Part shown: one piece after another, positions 59,708-64,000 of the stretch
Position numbering within the stretch: the stretch's first letter is position 1
How the letters are laid out: every line of letters starts with the position of its first letter
Assembly: GCA_046483495.1 (NCBI GenBank)
Contig: JAWODC010000040.1
Coordinates: 32,001-96,000, forward strand
Source of the DNA: Desulfobacterales bacterium
GTDB lineage: Bacteria; Desulfobacterota; Desulfobacteria; Desulfobacterales; UBA5616
DNA: 64,000 nt
Reading direction: 5' to 3'
The notes under the pieces: generated by a model
What the model saw: the letters and a program-made list of their open reading frames with translations, nothing else
What the model was told of the DNA's origin: nothing
The model's database searches: none
Position numbers and translations under genes: made by a program

Positions 59708-59849
59708 ATCTCCACGTGGTGAGGGTTATGATTTATCAGTACCCATCCAGAAACAGCTGATTCATTCCATTGAAAGTTGACTTGAAAAATATCAGACTTA
59801 TTCGTCGACGTCAAAATGTATCGATCAGGGTGAAGCGGCCCTGCATCGA

Positions 59850-60998
59850 TCAGGGTGAAAGAACAGCGGCGGGTGCGGGCGGCTCCGTTTGGGGTCCTTG
59901 AACGGCCGGCGGGTTCAAGCTCGCTTCTATCGTTTGCATTTTTTTCTGAACCCATTCCCGTTGAAGGAGATCGAGAGGCAGGCGTTTTGCCGATTCCAGA
60001 TAATCCAGAGCTTTTTCATACCCTTCGACCGTTTCCGATCCGGCTGCCACCTCCGATTTATACAGCAAAGCCATCAGATTAATGGTTGTCGAACGGGTGG
60101 ATATCCGGTTCTGCAAGCCGGCGGTAACCGCGTAAGGCGCTGCTTGTTCCAGGTAATTTGAAATGGCCTTGAAATCGGGGATATCCTGTGTTTCGATCAT
60201 GTTATCGGCCTGCTCCAGGTAATGCTCGGCCACAAACGGAAAGATCGTGTTTTTGCTTCCCTGCGTTTTCATGTTCTCGGGAATTTCGGCGCCTGGAAGT
60301 GAAATCAAAAAGGTTTTTCCCATTGGCGCGAATTTACCCTTCCAAATCGTAACCGCACCGTTTTCATGCTGGAGGTAATAGGTTCTGTAATGGGAAAAAC
60401 TCGCCCCGATCAGGGCAAATACCAGAAACGCAAAGACAACAGCTGCAATTTTCATCATCCGGTCCTGAATGTCCGGCGGCTTCACGTCTTTATTGCCGCT
60501 GTACGATATTGAAATGTTCTGATCCGGTGGAGTGCTTTTAAAGGGGGGCGTTGTAAACTGCTGTGAAGCGGCTTTTTCGGCAGCGGCTTTTTCGGCAGCA
60601 GCCTTTTCAGCGGCGGCTTTTTCAGCGGCCGCCTCCAGGGAGGCCATATCGAATTTTTTCAGCAGCAGTTTTCCAACCCGTTCGGAGGCCTTTGTATCGC
60701 CGGTGACAAACGGTGGTGATGCATACCGTTTTTCCTCTGTTCGCCGAGCAGGCGGAGTATAAACCTCAACAGGCTGAAACCCGTCGAATTTTCTGAAAAG
60801 GATGTTTTCCGATTGCTTTGCCGTTCGGGAATTTTTACCTTTTTTTGCGCTTTTTGTCGGCGCCTTGGCAGCTGTTTTTACGGATTTTTTCTTTGCCGGA
60901 GATACCGGGGTTTTGGACGACTTTCCGGCGGGACCGGCATTTTTCTTCGATGTTTTTTTCTTTTTCGCCGTGGGTTTGAGCAAACTGTTTTTCCCCAT
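59850..60998 (-). CDS. hypothetical bitopic membrane protein with a Lys-rich N-terminus and AAAEK repeats
   Basis: Basic N-terminal tail, (AAAEK)4, one TM (IAAVVFAFLVFALIGA), helical C-domain. Confidence 0.8.
   Translation of the reverse strand: MGKNSLLKPTAKKKKTSKKNAGPAGKSSKTPVSPAKKKSVKTAAKAPTKSAKKGKNSRTAKQSENILFRKFDGFQPVEVYTPPARRTEEKRYASPPFVTGDTKASERVGKLLLKKFDMASLEAAAEKAAAEKAAAEKAAAEKAASQQFTTPPFKSTPPDQNISISYSGNKDVKPPDIQDRMMKIAAVVFAFLVFALIGASFSHYRTYYLQHENGAVTIWKGKFAPMGKTFLISLPGAEIPENMKTQGSKNTIFPFVAEHYLEQADNMIETQDIPDFKAISNYLEQAAPYAVTAGLQNRISTRSTTINLMALLYKSEVAAGSETVEGYEKALDYLESAKRLPLDLLQREWVQKKMQTIEASLNPPAVQGPQTEPPAPAAVLSP
60573..60632 (-). repeat. 15-bp coding tandem repeat x4 (AAAEK)
   Basis: tttttcggcagcggc-like units with synonymous variation. 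Confidence 0.85.
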
Positions 60999-61247
60999 AT
61001 GAACCTCTTGTAATTTGTGGTATTACTTTTATATACATCTGTGGGCGGCTGATTCACGCCGTTTCCGGATGGACACTGGTCATCAGCATCTATCCCTGTG
61101 TGACAATGATGGGGTATAAAATATAGACCTTTATTTGTAAATATTTTTTTCCGGGAAGCTTTGGCCCTGCGATGCGGACATGAACACCTGAGAACGCGGC
61201 ATGATCCCTTTCAGGCGATCTCGGAAAAGCGGGCATATGGTGCATGC

Positions 61248-62075
61248 ATGAAGACGGATGAGTCAAAAATGACGAAACTGCGAAGCATATTGAACGAATA
61301 CGGATCGCTCTTGGTTGCTTTCAGCGGCGGGGTTGACAGCACGTTCCTCTTGGCGGTGGCCGCTGATGTGCTCAAAGAAAACGTCGTTGCCGTTATCGGC
61401 GAATCTCCTGTTCATCCGGCGTCAGAAACGCAATTCGCCGTATCTATGGCCGAGCGGCTGGGTGTTCGGTACATGAGGTGTCGCACGAGGGAGATGGACC
61501 TGGATGAATTCAGGTTGAACACCCGGGATCGATGCTATTTCTGCAAAAAGCAAATGTTGACACAACTATTGGAAATCGCCCTGCAAATGAAAATTCCCCA
61601 TGTGGCGGACGGTGCCAATGCAGATGACTTGGATGATTATCGGCCGGGTATTGCTGCAGCCCAAGAATCGGGGGTTCGTTCACCATTGATAGAAGCCGGT
61701 TTAACAAAATCGGATATTCGCCGATTGTCACGCGAAATGGGTCTTGAAACCTGGGACAAACCGTCATCCCCCTGTCTTGCCACCCGCTTGCCGTATGGGA
61801 CCGCCATTTCCGAGGACGCCTTGAAGCAGGTGCATTCGGCGGAAACCATTTTAAAAGCATTCGGATTCGATCACTGCCGAGTGCGATACCACGGCCCCTG
61901 TGCGAGAATCGAGATCAGCCCGGACGATTTTTACAGGCTCCTGGAAGAAAAAACCCGCCGTGGGGTGGTTTCGCAATTGAACGATATAGGATTCCATTTT
62001 GTTGCGCTCGATTTACACGGTTACCGCCAAGGGAGCATGAATCGAATGATTGACGTGAATTCGGAGGGGACATGA
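61248..62075 (+). CDS. larE: ATP-dependent sacrificial sulfur transferase LarE
   Basis: AFSGGVDS, RCYFCK, DDYRPG, WDKPSSPCLATR, RVRYHG, GYRQGSMN. Confidence 0.93.
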   Translation: MKTDESKMTKLRSILNEYGSLLVAFSGGVDSTFLLAVAADVLKENVVAVIGESPVHPASETQFAVSMAERLGVRYMRCRTREMDLDEFRLNTRDRCYFCKKQMLTQLLEIALQMKIPHVADGANADDLDDYRPGIAAAQESGVRSPLIEAGLTKSDIRRLSREMGLETWDKPSSPCLATRLPYGTAISEDALKQVHSAETILKAFGFDHCRVRYHGPCARIEISPDDFYRLLEEKTRRGVVSQLNDIGFHFVALDLHGYRQGSMNRMIDVNSEGT

Positions 62076-62590
62076 ACGGTTTGCCGGAATTGCCATTCCG
62101 GTTCTGCCCGGCATGCGGATCAAGCCGGCTGAATAGGCCTGAATCCAATGCGGTCGGCTGTATGGTCTGCGGATTTATTTTTTTCATCAACATGGCCGCG
62201 GCGGTTGCAGCGGTGATCAGGGACGAAAAGCGGCGGATTCTCCTGACCCGAAGGCTGAAAGATCCGGCAAAAGGGTTATGGGATTTGCCCGGCGGATTTG
62301 TCAATCCGGGTGAATCGGCGGAAAACGCATTGATGCGGGAAATAAAAGAGGAATTGAACCTTGAAATTTCCCGGGCATTCTATATGGGGTCGACTCCGGG
62401 GACGTACCGGTTCGCCGATGTCGATTACCGGGTGCTCAACCTCATTTTTGCATGCACGCCAAAGGATTTGAACGGCATGCGGGTCGGCGATGACGTTGCA
62501 GAAATAACATTTTTGTCCCCAAGCGAAATCGATTTTGAGCAAATCGGGCTGGCGTCGATAAAGTCCGTTCTGCGTCTTTTGCAGCATTAG
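62072..62590 (+). CDS. NUDIX hydrolase with N-terminal zinc ribbon
   Basis: FCPACG...CMVCG, LPGGFVNPGESAENALMREIKEE. Confidence 0.92.
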   Translation: MNGLPELPFRFCPACGSSRLNRPESNAVGCMVCGFIFFINMAAAVAAVIRDEKRRILLTRRLKDPAKGLWDLPGGFVNPGESAENALMREIKEELNLEISRAFYMGSTPGTYRFADVDYRVLNLIFACTPKDLNGMRVGDDVAEITFLSPSEIDFEQIGLASIKSVLRLLQH

Positions 62591-62706
62591 AATGATCAAT
62601 CCAGGCGGATTGGAATAAAAAAAAGATCGTGTTTTGCCGGGGTATTGCGCCGGATAGCCGGTGATATTAAATTCAGTTTTTTCGAAATCGGTAAGGAGAA
62701 ACGACA

Positions 62707-63285
62707 ATGCTAAAATTTTGGGTGAATGCGATAGGCCTCCTGGCGTTGACCGCAGCATCCGGATGTGCGCCTTTATTAGTCGGTGCCGGTGCCGCCGGTG
62801 TGTACAAGGTGGCCCAGGATGAAAGGTCGGTGGGGCGGATTGTAGATGACTCCAATATCAGTGCAACCATTAAACTCGACCTAAGCCGTGATCCGGTGGT
62901 AAACGCCCCGGATATCGATGTCGATGTCATTGACGGGCATGTCATATTATCGGGCATTATGACATCGGAGGAACAAATCGATCGCGCCATGGATATCGCC
63001 GGCAGAATAGAAGGCGTGAAATCCGTCAGAAACAATCTTCGGGTCGGCAGCAGAACGGTCGGAGAATTCGTTGGAGACAAGGTCATCGCAAGCAAAATCA
63101 AGACGAAACTGATCGGTGAATCGGGCATTCCATCTACGAACATCGACGTCGATGCTCACAAAGGCGTGGTGACGCTGACCGGCATTGTTTCCAATCGCCT
63201 TACAAAAGAAAGGGTTCTCAAGATTGCCAAAGAGACAAAGGGTACGGTGCAGGTAATCGACAATTTGATCGTTGAAAATGAATAA
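62707..63285 (+). CDS. double BON-domain lipoprotein (DolP/OsmY-like)
   Basis: Lipobox ASGC; two BON repeats (IDVDVIDGHVILSG; IDVDAHKGVVTLTG). Confidence 0.9.
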   Translation: MLKFWVNAIGLLALTAASGCAPLLVGAGAAGVYKVAQDERSVGRIVDDSNISATIKLDLSRDPVVNAPDIDVDVIDGHVILSGIMTSEEQIDRAMDIAGRIEGVKSVRNNLRVGSRTVGEFVGDKVIASKIKTKLIGESGIPSTNIDVDAHKGVVTLTGIVSNRLTKERVLKIAKETKGTVQVIDNLIVENE

Positions 63286-63356
63286 ACTCCAAAGCATGCG
63301 ACGTCATTTTTATACAAATTTTCTTGACAATTCGGGGTGAAGCGCTTAAAGATCAG

Positions 63357-63376
63357 TTATGAGCATATGCTCATAA
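63357..63376. promoter_or_regulatory. perfect 20-bp palindrome, candidate operator
   Basis: TTATGAGCATATGCTCATAA, downstream of TTGACA (63324-63329) and 10 bp before the DUF134 ATG. Confidence 0.75.
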
Positions 63377-63386
63377 TGGAGATTTC

Positions 63387-63794
63387 ATGGCAAGACCCAA
63401 TAAAGATCGAATCGTGGCTTTCAATCCGGATGTCGGATATTTTAAACCCAGGGGCATTCCGTTAAGGGAAATGCAGGAGGTGCACCTCACCCTAGATGAA
63501 TGTGAGGCCGTCCGGTTGGCGGACCTCTTGAATATGTCCCATGAATCGGCCGGATCGGAGATGGGGGTTTCACGGGCGACGTTCGGGAGGATATTGCAGC
63601 AGGCGAGAAAAAGCATAGCGGATGCCTTGATCAATGGCAAGGCCATACGCATTATAGGAGGTAATTACCGGTACGACGGCAACGGGAGGCGGTATTGCTG
63701 TGGTGATTGCCTTTTTCAGTGGGTAGTCCCTTTGGGAAAAGAAAGCCCTCGTTTTTGTCCGGAGTGTGACGGGGGGGCGGTCAGCCGTTTATAG
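63387..63794 (+). CDS. DUF134 DNA-binding protein with C-terminal Cys cluster
   Basis: MARP, YFKPRG, EAVRLAD, MGVSRATF, ARKSIADALINGKAIRI, CGDC...CPEC. Confidence 0.9.
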   Translation: MARPNKDRIVAFNPDVGYFKPRGIPLREMQEVHLTLDECEAVRLADLLNMSHESAGSEMGVSRATFGRILQQARKSIADALINGKAIRIIGGNYRYDGNGRRYCCGDCLFQWVVPLGKESPRFCPECDGGAVSRL

Positions 63795-63863
63795 TCGAAA
63801 ACGGCTCGGTAGTTTACGAGGTGCACATATTTTTCGTAAATTTTTTTTAAAGGATTATAAAAC

Positions 63864-64000
63864 ATGTCAAAACCACAACAGATAATGGGCAGCCCGGATG
63901 AAAAGAGTGCCAAAGAACAGCAGGATGAGCAGCTGAAAGTGTCATTGGCCAACATTACAAACAAAATCATGGTGATGAGCGGGAAGGGGGGAGTCGGGAA
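63864..64000 (+). CDS. Mrp/NBP35 (ApbC) Fe-S carrier ATPase, 5' part (truncated by the window edge)
   Basis: Manual translation: MSKPQQIMG...LANITNKIMVMSGKGGVG (deviant Walker A). Confidence 0.85.
   Translation, partial: MSKPQQIMGSPDEKSAKEQQDEQLKVSLANITNKIMVMSGKGGVG

Noticed and set aside
59820..59859. 15-bp direct repeat atcgatcagggtgaa x2 at a stop codon
   Set aside because: Looks like a small local duplication with only 10 bp between copies; no att-site or mobile-element context.
61248..62075. larE as evidence of a lactate racemase system
   Set aside because: No larA, larB or larC in the window; stand-alone larE genes are common.

Overview
64 kb of chromosomal DNA, most likely from an anaerobic deltaproteobacterium (Desulfobacterota-like; inferred from gene content only). 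It opens with a partial rlmN and the conserved ffh-rpsP-khpA-rimM-trmD-(SPOUT MTase)-rplS-rnhB cluster. Metabolic and envelope genes follow: a FAD/CCG-FeS oxidoreductase module, thiolase, ald-alr, ydbH-ynbE-ydbL and a YchF-like ATPase. Next come an atypical SOS mutagenesis cassette (lexA-DUF72-inactive PolY-dnaE2, no imuA) and a stress-type accessory block (USP, LonC-like protease, PRC barrel, PCMT-esterase, PLD-VTT). The window ends with sugar-kinase/pyk genes, larE and a DUF134-Mrp locus. No tRNA, rRNA, CRISPR array or transposase was seen. Most notable: (i) the DUF72-containing mutasome with an unusual promoter (hexamer repeats over the -35, a G-quadruplex motif and a heptamer palindrome); (ii) a CysRS paralog with altered Zn/Cys-pocket residues and no anticodon domain, plus a separate S51 hydrolase fused to that CysRS C-terminal domain; (iii) a dispersed ~140-bp structured repeat with covarying stems. 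All product calls come from motif recognition by eye, not database searches.
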